Source: Selaginella moellendorffii (lineage: Eukaryota; Plantae; Lycopodiophyta). Taken from it: a stretch of 64,000 nucleotides of DNA. The position numbers and the translations under genes were made by a program. Of the stretch, positions 13,930 through 27,387 are shown piece after piece; position 1 is the first letter of the stretch; each line of letters opens with the position of its first letter. The stretch is from assembly GCF_000143415.4 (NCBI RefSeq), contig NW_003314267.1:934055-998054 (forward strand), in the 5' to 3' direction. The notes beneath the pieces are model-generated. The model worked only from the letters and a program-made list of their open reading frames with translations. It was not told the origin of the DNA and did no database searches.

Positions 13930-15674
13930 TGTGAGTGTATGGAATATTAAAAGGGAATACAAAAAATGTGAATATCAATTAGCCTAAAAACTTTAGTTTA
14001 TATACAAAAGTAAGTGGTCCAGATTAAAACCAATCTAACAGTGCTATTACATTAATTTTAGTATATGGCATTATAATTGTATATTTGGATCTCACATCAT
14101 CCCTTCCTCTTAGAAGGAGTGAAGACAGTCAAGGTTCTCTAGTGGATGGGCTAGGATTTAAATGAATATTAGAAGGAGGTATTAGTGGCTCTGTAAATAG
14201 TATTAGTTGTTCTTAATCCTTTTGTATGAAGTGTTTCAATTGTTTTATATGCACAATTTTTGGAGGATTGACATATTGGATGTTATGCCAAACCTTATAA
14301 ACTTGTAGTCTAACTTATTGTAACACTTGATATAGTCCTTTCCACTGAGCAAGGAGCTCCTTAAACAAACTATATAAACTATATACCATAAACAAACTAT
14401 ATACCATAAGATTAGAAAAACTAATTAACATTAAGTCATCCATTTTGTTCTCTGTAAATGGATAATGATAGGACTTATAGCACCATTATTGTCCCATTTT
14501 ATGCAACCCAAATGTTCAGCTTATTTGAACAAGTGGAAGAATGTTTGTTAAATACTAATCCAAAAATCTAACATACACAACTTATGGTAAATGTCAATGT
14601 AAACTCAACTTTATTAGCAATATCAGGTCATGATTATATAGGAGTTTATATGGTGAAACATCAATAGAATTTTATACTCTTGTAATATACACATATCGAA
14701 GAGATGGCAAATAACCATCTTAATTTGAATATTGAAAATTCATGTACTTTACGATCATCCCTTTGAAAGTCTAAACAAACTATTCCAGTAAACCATCTAT
14801 GTATGGAGGATAAATTCTCATGAAAGTGTTGCATATTATTGATAGTTGATGCATAAATGAACATTCCTATTAAGCTTTGTGATAAAATGAGGTTCACATA
14901 CCTAAGGACTTTATGACTTTCAGATACTATGCTATCCAAAACATTCTCAAGTGTTACTCATAACATTCCCAACTTGATCCACTTCGACATATTTGGCTCT
15001 GCATGAAGCAAGATTCTTTAAAAGTAAATATAAAATTGCATCAATGACTATGATAGCTTTTGATAAAGGCAATGCAATTGTTGGAAAACATTATTATAAT
15101 TATTAGTATGCCCAAATTCGTGCTTGAAAAAATTCGATAGAATGCTCCAATCTGTACGATTTACTGCACTTAAACTATTATATCATTGCAATATGGTCCC
15201 TTAGAAACACATAGGAAACTCATACAAACACCAAGTATCATCTCAAGAATAATAGGTAGCAATCACTATAAAGTGATCGAACTAATAGTACATATCATCC
15301 TTAGGATTCCCATTGAATAACTTTAGCTAAACACAAGGATTGTCAATAAAAGTAGAAAGAATTGTACCATATGCCAAGAATAACACCATCAACTAAGTTT
15401 AATTGTTCAACTACAACTGCATAATATCAAGAAATTACATTAACTATTACTCTAGAGTTAAAAGAGGAGGAGGTTGTCGCTTTGCCATGAAGATAAATAA
15501 AAAGAAGAAAAAGCATTAAAAAAAATTAAAAAAATTTAAAAAACTATAAAGAAAGTGAGATTTAAATAATGCAAAAGTTAAATCTAAACCAAAATCTTAA
15601 TCCATCAATATGAGTGCATGGAATATGGAAAAGAAATATAGAAATGTGTATAACAATTAACCCAAAAACCCTAG
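13930..15674 (-). mobile_element. Degenerate, internally deleted Ty3/gypsy copy (same family as 21862-25337)
   Basis: 3' LTR 13930-14096 and PPT 14097-14111 match the reverse complement of the 25162 LTR. Partial 5' LTR from 15609. Decayed gag and integrase C-terminus lie between them. Confidence 0.8.
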
Positions 15675-15926
15675 TGAATGATCATTAATATATAGTATTG
15701 TAATTGTACACTTGCCAATTTGTGTAGTGACATTTTGGAGAAGTTTAACACTATTAACATGAAAAAACCAGATGGCATTATATGTAATTCAGTTTTCTTC
15801 AAGGACTCAAGATATTGTTCATATCATTTAGAAAATAAACTACAAGAAAAACTAAAGCTACAAAAATGCTGCTTATCATTGGACTTTTTCTTTAGTACCA
15901 TTTACCATTTCTGATTACTTTGATAT

Positions 15927-15935
15927 GAGAGAGAG

Positions 15936-15973
<38 letters not shown>
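15927..15973. repeat. (GA)n microsatellite
   Basis: Directly visible. Confidence 0.95.
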
Positions 15974-15975
<2 letters not shown>

Positions 15976-17253
15976 TCCAGTGATGAAGGGTGAATGGACT
16001 CTAGGGTCTCCTGTGTTTTTCTTTTGTTTTCTAAAAACAATGCATAGATTATTTTTTCTTAATCTTTTAATCATCTGAGTGGTGGTGTTGTTCACCTATG
16101 AAACAATGTCAAATCAATCCCCTCTCACCGACGTGCCACGGTGGCTAATAGACGAAATGGATTCCATCGATCGCGGGCCAGAAACAGAGAAGGAAAGCCC
16201 TTGGTTGGCTCGCTGGTCCCAGTCTTTGGTGACGCTGATTGATTGACACGGACCAGTTGCATGCATGGGTGCTTGACAAGGAGAGGTCAGTGTTGCTCTT
16301 GTCAATTGTTGGTGTTGTTGGCCCATGGGACCCCAAAGCGATCTTGATGTAGCAACGCAGCCCAGTCATATGCACTTTGGAGCTGCAACATGGCTGGTGC
16401 ACAGACAACATGCAGTTGCTCGAAAAGAATACAGCACATCGCCGTGCGTTCGTGTTCACGATTTTCGTCCCCTGTGCAATTCCGGCCCTTGTTGGACTCC
16501 TCCTAAAAGGCTTGAATTCTTGCATTCATCAGTCAGTAGTCTTATAATGCTTGACATTGGGTACCACAAGACTATCAAAACAACATATTCATAGGGCACA
16601 CAAATATGCCACTCCCATTTGGCAAACAATTGAGCAGGGCAATGCTTTCCCCACTTCCCACATCTTCCTTTTTTCCAAGGTGGCCCATGTGTGCCTCTTG
16701 ATGTCACATAAAAACAACCCCTCCACAATGTACATGAAATTTAAAGTTGGGAAAGAATCAATCCACCCACGCAGCCAATCAGGATGTACGTACACACAGG
16801 ATCAAGTTACGTAATTCACCTGAAGATCAGGCATAATTTACATACACCTTTTAAGATTTCTGATACTTGCCAAATTTTTCCATCAATGTTTAACTACATC
16901 CATGTGAACTGCGAATTCCGCTGCCTGCTTCATCCCTTTTTTTGTCTTTTGGAGGCTGCAGCATTCATCGTGTACTTGTCTTATACGCAAGGCCCGTATA
17001 AGCTCACAGCCGCGTAGGAATTTATGAGAGCGTGCTCTGCCTGCGCATGCAGCTGTGAAGATCACGCACGACCGCGGGACGAGACGATTCTCGCTCGCCT
17101 TCGCTCGAGTTCTCGTCCGAAAGTAGCCAGCGACTGGTTTCCTTTTGTGTGAGATGATATAAAAGAGAGGCGGAAAGGAGAGACTCTAGAACGAATCGAT
17201 CGTCGCCAATCCACCACCCTCGTTGCTAAACCCCACAGTGAGCGAGATGGTCT

Positions 17254-17850
17254 CTAATTTGCTCGTGGCTGCTGCTGGCTCTCGATCGCCGCCGCCACCG
17301 ATTGTAGCACGCCCACCTGGAACCGCAAGAACATCATGTAGTCGGCGGCCTCGCCTAGGAGGACCGAGCAATTCATGTCGTGTCCGCCGGGAACTAGTCC
17401 CTGCAATGCCTTGACACGAGATTGGATCGTCTGCTCGTCGTCCCTGCTGGATCGTCGCTGCTGCTGGGATTGCATGATCCTGCGCTTCAATCGTCCCTGG
17501 CATCGGCTGGCACGAACCTGGCGCGCCGCGGCCTTGAGAATACTGCGATGCCTCAGCCGCCGGCAAATCTTTCGCTTGGACGAGCGCGCGACCCGCAGCA
17601 GCGCTGGAAATCTCCGGCCCGAGGAGGAGAGATTCGACCCGGCGGCGGCGGCGGCTGGATCTTGTTGCTGGAGCTGATCGCCCAGCGCGGCGCTCCACCC
17701 CGCGCCGCTGCCAGTGATGGCAAGCGATCCGTCGGCCAGATTCTTGATCGCCTTCCCCCGCTCCTTGACGCTCAGATCAGCGTTCCTCATCATGGTGCCT
17801 AGCGGCGGCAAGAGGTGGCTCTTGAGCAATTCGATGTAGTAGTCGTCCAT
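17254..17850 (-). CDS. IBH1/AIF-like atypical bHLH protein, intronless
   Basis: Family motifs ERGKAIKNLADGSLA...WSAAL and IQSRVKALQGLVPGG...LLGEAADYMMFLRFQV. First ATG is at 17850; the ORF-track start 17874 is GTG. Confidence 0.88.
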   Translation of the reverse strand: MDDYYIELLKSHLLPPLGTMMRNADLSVKERGKAIKNLADGSLAITGSGAGWSAALGDQLQQQDPAAAAAGSNLSSSGRRFPALLRVARSSKRKICRRLRHRSILKAAARQVRASRCQGRLKRRIMQSQQQRRSSRDDEQTIQSRVKALQGLVPGGHDMNCSVLLGEAADYMMFLRFQVGVLQSVAAAIESQQQPRAN

Positions 17851-20800
17851 GGGAGAGGGTAGGAGTCCCTCCACGCGACCGGAAGGAAAGGAACTCGGAC
17901 AGAGATCTCGCCGCGATCTTCAAGAACTACGACAGAGATTGCCCCGACGATCGGAGATTTCGAGAGAGCAGCAAAGATTTCGGCGCGATCAAGGGACGAA
18001 TCGCAGCGGCAAATCGCGAGAAGCCGATATGATCGTCTCGAATTCGCGGAGACCAACCGTGATTCGCGAGAGATTTCGGCAGCGCAATCGATCAAGAAAT
18101 CTATAGAACCTCCATTCGCGCCCTGTGACGATCGATCGAGCCGCGCCTCCCTCCAATTCGATCGACCGAGAAAATGTGATACTGGGAAAGAACCCTCAAA
18201 TTTAAAGAAACCCCGGGGTTCGTCCCTCAAACGGCAGCACGGCGCATCGTGGCCGTCCAATGCGCAATCCAGCGGCCGCAATCGCGCCACGTCACTGTGG
18301 CCCAAAAGAAAGTGTCCAAGATGGGCCTCTGGGCCCATCCCGCGCTTTGCGGCACGCACATGGCTGCACATGATTGCATATGCGGGGCTGGCCATGGGGT
18401 GGTGGCCACTGGCCATAATTTGGCCCGGCCACATTCGATAGTGGCCCGCCGTTCACATGGCACGGCGTTGAAAACGGGCAACGCCAAAATAACTGGCCAC
18501 CCCACGGTACGGCCCGTGACGGTTGCCGACGTGGAGAGTAATGGCCACCTCTCCTCCAATCATGGTCACGGATATGGGCCCAGCCAAGGCCCACGGCCCA
18601 ATTATGAGCGCGTAAGAACGACGTAATGCAGGGACCACTAGCATGGAAATATTTTATAATGGTTTTCGATCAAACCATTTTTCAATCGTATCGGCTCGTA
18701 CCGAAGCCCCTAAATCTTACACACATCGCGTGCTGGGCGGAGGGAAAGCATCTTTGCATTTTCTATGGTAGAAGGATTCCTTGTGAATACAGTTGAGATG
18801 CTCTTTCTAGCGAAAGGTGGTGGCGAAGACGTCACCCAAAGCCTTTGATTGACATGACAAAGCGCAAGCGCACAATTCTTAAAATTTAAATAGTGGTCTT
18901 AAGCACCGAGAAAGAACCAACCCCCACTACATGGAGGGGACAAGGCCGTACGCGACCACCACCCATGTGCGCCAATCCAATGGCCATTATTGGACTTGTA
19001 GAGTATACGTACTTGGCGGCATATACTTTATCAATATTCTTCGTAGTTTGTAGCCCGTCAAAGGTGAAGGTCAATGCCCCCTTCCACTGGTGCTGGTGAA
19101 CAGCCCTACAACGCATTGTTTAAACCCCTCTTATTAGACAAATAACAGTGACGGTTTAGCTTTAAGCTGGATTCTGGAAGGAATGTACTCGTCACGCACA
19201 GGTCATCCCTCGACTTGAGCAAACAAAACATTCGGCGCTTGGATGGATCTTATCGATCGTAATCCTCGCGAGTAAACAAAGACCTCTATGGAATGGACCA
19301 CTCACCTGGAAGCTCTTGGATTCTTCTCTCTGGCGCCCCCCATTTATTTACTCCTGTTGTTACATTCCTTCCCCCTTCTCCTCCCTTCTTCCAGCTTAAG
19401 AATAGAAAAAGTCATGAAAACGAGGAGGGGTTGCAATGACGAAAAAAAGTATTGTTTACGTGATTACCTCACTTTTAAACAGTATTAAGATTTCTAAGTG
19501 GGAGCTCACCCCCGTTGGCTACTATCCTGTTGCGGTGAATTTGTCTTGGTTTTCCTGCACGAACTGCAGGCCAGTGCGCAGGTTGGGCTTGAATCTACCC
19601 ACTGCGTGCGGCCGGTGGCCTGCTTCTGCAATCTGCAATCTGCACACTGTTCTGCAATCCGCAGTGCAGCGAGGGCGCTGCAGATCTCAGCATCAAGGCG
19701 CAGTGTACGAGCTCTGATTTGTAAATTGCGACCGAGGAAAAGAAACTCTTGTCTGCTTCCTCGAGCAAACCGCATGTCAAGATCCAAACCACACAAATAT
19801 GTATAAACAAGTTGTCATTCATACCCGTTTTATCTCTGGAGCCACTGTTGAAACAAAGACGAGCCCGTCGGAAAGAAGATAAAGAAAGCTTAGAAATTGT
19901 GAGTTCTTACTATCCATGGACATGTGTCACGGACACTTCAAAACTTCTCTGTAAAGCCGTACGGAGAGAGCTTCGTCACTACGTCACATCGTCATACGCA
20001 AGACTTCGACCTATTTTTACGCTCAAACAAGTCGGCCGTGAGCAGAGATCGTACCTCCTCTCGTTCGTCATGCACTTTGAAAGTTGCCCATGAATTCGTG
20101 TAGATGCGGCGCATGACTGACGCCTCCAACGACGCAGCACAGCGTGGGTTCCACAAGCTCTCCTTCCAAATGCTGCGGAATCTCTAAGCCTTAGGCTCCA
20201 ATCGCAGTAGGAATGAAAAAGAAAAAACTCTCTTTCTTTGTTCATAAGAAGTTGAGCGCTGGATTCTCAGGCTGATTTCCCACACCAGGGTTCAGTATTT
20301 GCAAAATGTACACGGCGAGAATAAAAAGGTGATAGACTTACTGTGCATACATGTGGCGAAGCCTTCAACGTGCATCGGTAGTAGATAATAGGCCTATTTA
20401 ATTAAGGTGTGAAGTATAAAACTAAATACATACAATTATTTTGAGTGTTTTCTTAACAATTATACTTAGATGTAATGTTTTAATTGATTTGGAACTAGTA
20501 CAAAAGAAAAGCCAATAAAATATAAATACAATGTTGCAACTTAGGCTGAAATAATATTTACCTTAGCTAACCAAGTATGATAAGCATTTTAATTATCCAT
20601 TTCAAACTTGTTTGTAACATTAGAAGAAATCATCATTATCCATAAAGTGCCTCAAAGGAAAAAATACAAAAGTTCATATTTATTTTGATGTTATTTTATT
20701 TTAAAAATCCTCTTTTGCAAGAGACCATTTTTAAAGAATTAACATAAAAAATTATTAAATCATCCTTCTATATTTAAAAGAGCAATTCAATCCAGATTCC

Positions 20801-21861
20801 TTTTTTTTCTAAATGGCTTGGATGTTACCACGTGGAGGAAAAAAGGTTATTGTTGTTTTAGTGGAACTTCTTTTTTTAGGTCGTAGTATGCATTCTCTAT
20901 TAGGTTTAATGTCTTGGTAGATTGGTCTCTTTCCCTTTGGAGTTGAGAATGTGTCTCAGAGCATATTGGCGGGATTGAAGTCAAGGTTAAGCTCATCAAC
21001 TTAGAATTTCCTTTGCTTAAAGGTAAGGTTTTCAATGCAATCCTTTTCTATTTTTTATTGTTTTTTTTTTTTTCTAGCTAGAAGGTCTCTCCACTGATCT
21101 ATTTTTTTCAGGAGTGGATCTTTGATACCCTAGCAAATGGAGAGAAGCTAAATAACCAATTCTATGCGGATTGCGGCTTGCTAGGTCTCTAATGGGTGTA
21201 AGTCATTTTCCTTTCCATCTTGTTGCACCTTCTGTTGTTTCTCCAGCTCTACAACCTATGCTGGATTTGTCAAATCAAGAGCGAGCAAAATTTGTAAGGT
21301 TTAGGAGATGTAAAACCGTTTTCTATATTTTTTTTTTCAACAATCAATGTTTTTTCAGAAGTATGAAACACAAGAATTTGTAAAGCCATCTATGTGTTTG
21401 GCTTCCTCTTCTTGAGAATCGACATTATTTTCAAGGCAAGAAGATTCTTCTTCTCTAAGTTTGTTCAAAGCTTCAATTCTAGAAAAAATTTAATTGCAAG
21501 CTCTACAGGGATTTGTTGGATTGACTTGAGTGCATATAATAAAAGGCATAAACCTTGAGTGAGGGACTTCATGACTAGTAGTTATTAAACTTAGAAACAT
21601 TGAGCAATATTTTTATCATTTTATTGTATATTTTAATTTTATTTAAGTGTTTACATACAATTTTTACAAGCTAAATATAAATTTGGAAAAAAATTCATTA
21701 ATTATAGATAATTTCAATAGATATATGATAAAACCAATAAATATAAACTGAAATAGTAAATGAGTACAATTTTTGATAAAATTTATGAAAGTTTAACTTC
21801 AGTCAAATGAGTCATCATTTTAAAAAACTCTATATTAACTATTTTGTGTGTGAGGTCAGAG

Positions 21862-24800
21862 TGTGAGGGCTAAGTGTACGGCTATGATGCCGTATACTAA
21901 TTGGTAGCTGTCAGATTAATTTCAATCTGGACCACTTGCTTCTGTATATAAGCTAGGGTTTTTGGGTTAATTAATTTGCACATTTTCTATATTCCCTTTC
22001 CATATTTCAAGCACTCACATTAGTGGAGGTGAGAGGCACCTTTGATTGTCCCTGAGGAGTGTTTGAATTTGGGATTTTAGTTTAGATCTAGCTTTTGCAT
22101 CGTATAGATTTAACTTTTTCCATTTCCTTTCTTTTGTTCTTCCCTTTTAAGATTTTGGTTTAGATCTAGCTTTTTGCATTGTCTAAATTTACCATTTCCT
22201 TCTAGCTTTTTGTCACTTATCTTCTTTGGCTTTTTTTTTTTGTTCATCTTCATGGCAGATTAGCAATCTCCTTCTTTGACTCTAGAGTAGCAATTGGTCT
22301 AATTGCTTGATGCTATGCACTTGCAATTGAACAACCAAACTCAATTGATAACAGCATTCACAGCATGTGGTACAACTCCTCCTCCTCTTGGTACCAATCC
22401 TCGTGTTCGGCCGGAGTTCTTTCGCGGGAATCCTGGGGATGATGTGTACTATTGGTTTGATCACTTCATGGTGATTACCACATATCATTCTTAAGATGAT
22501 GCTCGACGTTTGCGTGAGTTTCCTACGTGTCTCCAAGGGATGGCATTGCAATGGTACAATGGTTTGAGCGCAGCCACTCGTGGGGATTGGAGTGTTCTCC
22601 TGGACATCTTCAAATGTGCCTTCAGCTATGCTGACGACTATGATGATGCCTTCAAACAATTGCATCATCTTTACCAAGGGCCATCTGAGTCGGTAATGCA
22701 ATTTGGCATTCGTTTTCGAAGTCTTTTACTTTGTGTGGAGCCCAATATGTCGGAGCGGATCAAACTAGAAATGTTGTGGCCAACACTTTGTCAAGATTTT
22801 GTTGGACTTGTGCATACATTTACTCTTGCCACCCTTGACAATGCTCTTCACTTGGCACAACATTATAAGACGTTGCCTCTTCCACATCTCGCTACATATC
22901 CTTTAGCTCCACTTCCTATGAGTGATGGTTCTGTTCCAATGAAGGTTGATACTGCTGTTGCTCGAGTCCAAGGACAAGGGCAAGGACGTGGTCATGGCTG
23001 TGATGTTTGCTGCTGGGCATGTGATGAAGTTGGTCATGCTTATCGGCATTGTCAGCATTTTCCAGATTGGCGACCTCCATTTCTTGGGTGGAGATTTTGG
23101 CGTCAGCAACGTCCCGTTGGTGCTACTATAGTGGAAGGTTTAGACACCGAGATGCATCTGGAAAACGAGGAGTCATACAAGTAATAGAGGGATCTTGCGC
23201 GAATAAGTTAGTGACCCTTTCATCTTTCTTTCAGGAGTATCATCAAAGGGGTTCATTTGGCATTAGTTCATCCAGTATTTACTTTTCAAGCTTGTTTTTA
23301 TAACAAGAGGTCTCCTATTATTCTCTCCGTGTTGGTTGATACAGGTTCGAGTTTACCTTTTATTGCTTGACCTGTTGCCACACGTTGTCGTCTACACTTG
23401 CGTCGTGTGGCAGAAGCAGTTTTCATTCTTTATGGCAATGGCCATACACATGCATGTGCATGGGATGAGGTAGACCTAGTTGTGCATGTGGGTGATCTCG
23501 AGCTTGAGTTGCAGGTGGTGCCAAGTCAAGCTTTTGACCTCATTCTTGGTATGGATTAATGATCCAGATATATCATTTTGATGTTGTTCATTGCCTAGGG
23601 AATTCTATGGCTGATGCTGATGCCTTTTCTCGAGCTCCTCTTCCTTCTCCATTCTCTTCTCATATTTTTTACGAGCTTGTTGTTCCAGCCTCTATGGATT
23701 TTCTAGACAAGGATTCTATATTGTTGGTGGTTGCTGTACTTGATGTTCAGTGTCCACAAGGCATAGAGCAAGATCTACCTTTTCTTGATGAGGTTCGCGA
23801 GGCTCAAAAGATTGAGCCGTGGATTTGAAGGCTTCGAGATGGGTTTAAGAATCCTGCATCACTTGCTGATGACTTGCCTTTCCGGCATTTACATTCTCAA
23901 TATCGCCTTAAAGACGGCCTTCTTTATTTTGTGGGGACAGATCCTAATGATCATTTACGGCTGGTGGTGCCTTCTATCTTTATTCCGCAGTTTCTCCATA
24001 CCTACCATGACTCTTCTGTTCTAGGTGGGCATATGGGACATTGTCGTGTAACTGAGAAGCTGTGTAGGTCTTTCTATTGGCCGAAGATGCGACGTGATAA
24101 TATCCCGTATGTGTGCGTTTGGTGCCAAGCTCATAATACTCCCCCTCAGGCTATGGAAGGACGGTTGGAGTCAATTGCAATTTCCCGTCCGTTTGAGTTG
24201 GTGGCATTTGATCTTATGGGACCTTTTCCACGGTTGACTGCTAGCAATGAGTATATTATTATTGCTTTTGAATATTTGACTCGTTGGGTAGAAGTTGGTG
24301 CTCTTGCTAGTGCCTTTGCAACTGCTGTTGGATACTTCCTCCTCAATCGAGTGGTGTTCTAGTATTTTTATCCAAAGTAGATTCTTTCGGATAATGGTCC
24401 CACATTTATGGCTGAGGCATTTCATGTTTTGACGTCTCGGTTGGGGATACACCACACTTTCACGAGTGCTTATCATCCACAATCAGACGGTCTGGTGGAA
24501 TGGCTCGTTCGGACATTCAAGGGGATAATTGTAAAATATGTGAACTTTCAACATTCAGATTGGGATGGTTATTTGCCATCTCTTCAGTATGCATATGTCA
24601 CAGGGGTGCAGAGTTTTGTTGGTGCTTCACTATATAAATTCCTACATGGTCATGATCCAATATTACTAATGGAGTTTTACCTTTGCAATTGACACAAGCT
24701 GCCGATGCTAGGTCATGGGATCAATATTTAACAAGCATTCTTCCACTTGTCCGAGTGGAGTCCGTTGAACACTTAGGCTGCATACAAGTGGGACAACAAC

Positions 24801-25337
24801 AGTGGTACAACTCTCATCATCGTCCACCTGCAGAGTACAAAGTGGATGATTTAGTGTTAGTCTGTTTTCCCCATATTACGGTACGTGGTTTATCTAAGGG
24901 GCTCCTTGCACAATGGAAAGGACCGTATCGGGTGTTGCAACAAGTTGGATCACAAGTTTATGAGGTTCGACATGACGTCCAACAGGCCGATCCTCCAGAG
25001 ATTATGCATGTGCAACGATTGAAACGCTTTATAGAAAGGGATCAAGAGCAGTTAATACCACTTACAGATCCGCTGATGCCTCCTCCTAATGTTCCTCTAG
25101 ATCCCAGCCAGTCTACAAGAGAACCTTGATGGTTTTCCATTATTCCGAGAAGAGGGGATGATGTGAGGGCCAAGTGTACGGCTATGATGCCATATAATAA
25201 TATTAGCATAGTGGGATTTTGGTAGCTGTCGAATTGGTTTCAATCCAAACCACTCGCTCCTGTATATAAATTAGGGTTTCTGGGCTAATTAATATGCATA
25301 TTTTTTGTATTCCTTTTCCATATTCCAAGCACTCACA
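21862..25337 (+). mobile_element. Non-autonomous Ty3/gypsy element (gag-PR-INT, RT/RNase H deleted)
   Basis: LTRs 21862-22019 and 25162-25337 (TG...CA). 4-bp TSD AGAG. PPT GAGAAGAGGGGATGA. Gag zinc knuckle CWACDEVGHAYRHC, protease VLVDTGSS, integrase HHCC, DLMGPF, SDNGPTF and WKGPY motifs. In-frame stops present. Confidence 0.93.
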
Positions 25338-27172
25338 AGAGTATATAATTACAATGTTGTATACTAATATCCCTAAGGAGATTTTGTATTTGGGATTTTA
25401 GTTTAGATTTAGCTTTTGTATTGTTTAGATCTCACTTTCTTTATAGATTTTTCAATTTCTTTTCTTTTATTTCTTTTGTTTTTGTTCATCTTCATGGTAA
25501 AGTAGCAATCTCCTCCTTTGACTCTCGAGTAACAATTAGTGTAGTTGTTTGATGCTATGTTATTGTAGTTGAATAATCAAACGTAGTTAATGGTGGCATT
25601 CATAACATATGATGTAATTTTTACTTTTACTATTAATCCTCTTGTTTGGCTAAAGTTTTTCCATGGGAATCCTAGGGATGATATATATTATTAGTTTGAT
25701 CACTTTATAGTGATTACTATCTATTATTCTTGGGATGATGTATATGAGTTTCTTACATATCTCGAACAATAGTATAATGGTTTGAGTGTAGCCACTTGTT
25801 TGGATTAGAGCATTCTCTTAGACAATGCATTCCAACAATTGCATTGTCTTTGTCAAGGGCAATTTGAGTTAGTGATGCAATTAGACATTCACTTCCAGAG
25901 CTTCTTGCTTCATGTGGAGCCAAATATATTATAGTGGATTAAGTTGGGAATGTTATGGTTAGCACTTCATTAAGATCTTGTGGGACTTGTGCATGCACTT
26001 TTCTAGCCACCTTTGATAATGTTCTTTGATTGACACAACATTATAAGACATCACCACTTCCACTTTTTATAGTACATCCTTTAACTCCACTGCCTATGGG
26101 AGATGGTTTTGTTCAGATAGAGGTTGATGATGTTGCTACTCATGTTTAAGAACAAAGGTAAGGACATGGTCATGGCCGTGATGTTTACTATTAAGTATGT
26201 GATGAGATTGGCTATATATATCAATGTTGTTAGTGTCTTCTGGATTGGCATCCTCCATTTCTAGGGTGGAGGCCTTGGTGTCAACAACGTCTTATTGGTG
26301 CTACTACAATGGAAGGTCTTGACGTGAAGATTCTTCTAGGAAATGAGGAGTCATACAAATAGTGAAAGGTCTTTATGCAAATAAGTCAATGACCCTTTCA
26401 TCTTTTTTCTAAAGTACCATTAACAGGTTCACTCAGCACTAGTTCATTCAATATTTACTTCTAAACTCTTTTTTAATAACAAAAAGTTTCCTATTATTCT
26501 TTCTATATTAGTTGATATAAGCTCAAGTTTATTTTTTATTGCTTGACTTGTTGCCACACATTGTCATCCATAGCTGTGTCATGGTAGGGTCAATCTTTAT
26601 TCCTTATAGCAATGACCAAACACATGCATGTGTATAGGATAAGGCAGACCTAGCTGTGTATGTGGAAGAACTCATTTATTTATTGTCAATGGTGCCAAGT
26701 CAAGCTTTTAACCTCATCCTTGGTATGGATTAGTTATAATGCAATCATGTTAAATATGACTTTAAAGCTTCTCCCTTTTATCTCATATTTTCTTATATTT
26801 TTTCCATTCCTTTTACTTTTATTCCTCTTTGTCCTTCTATTTCTACCTCTTTTTCTATCACTTTTGTCTTTTCATTACTTCTTATTGTGTTTTCATCTTG
26901 CTCTTTTATTCCCCCTTCATATCTCTTTGATGGTTTTTATGTCACAACAGTGGATCAACTCAAAAAGGAGCATATTAATCTCTTTGGCTTTGATTTATCA
27001 TATGGCCAAGATTGCATTATGTCATTTTATTCAAATTGAGGATGCTTATCCAATTAAGGTTTTTGTTCAGCATTGGTCACCAAAGGAAATCAAAATTTTA
27101 TACGTAAAGATCAAGGAAATATTAGAGAATGATGTTATTTGCAAGTCTCAGAGTCCTTGAACCTAAACCTTA

Positions 27173-27387
27173 GGCCATTGATCGAAGGAATGGAGCTAAA
27201 CTCCTAAATATGGAGCCAAGGAATAAAGAGCACTAGAGTGCTCTTTGGCTGTACGCTCAAGTGTCGCTCCATGAAAGAATAGAAATATAGAGCGATTTAG
27301 AACAATCTTAGAGCATCCATAATACTAAGATTAGCACGCAAAATGGAGTTAAATAGAGTTTAGCACTATTTCAACATACTAATGGCC
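27173..27387. mobile_element. Putative MITE (215 bp)
   Basis: Imperfect TIRs of about 30 bp (GGCCATTG...GCTAAACTC and GAGTTTAGC...AATGGCC), flanked by TA on both sides. Confidence 0.55.

Noticed and set aside
17851-17874. GTG-initiated N-terminal extension of the bHLH
   Set aside because: Only 8 codons, weak context, and family similarity starts after the ATG at 17850.
19350-19440. Imperfect pyrimidine/purine hairpin as a miRNA precursor
   Set aside because: Pairing is poor and I recognised no conserved plant miRNA anywhere in the window.
20820-21560. Exon/intron-like remnants
   Set aside because: Splice-like signals are present but no assignable reading frame.
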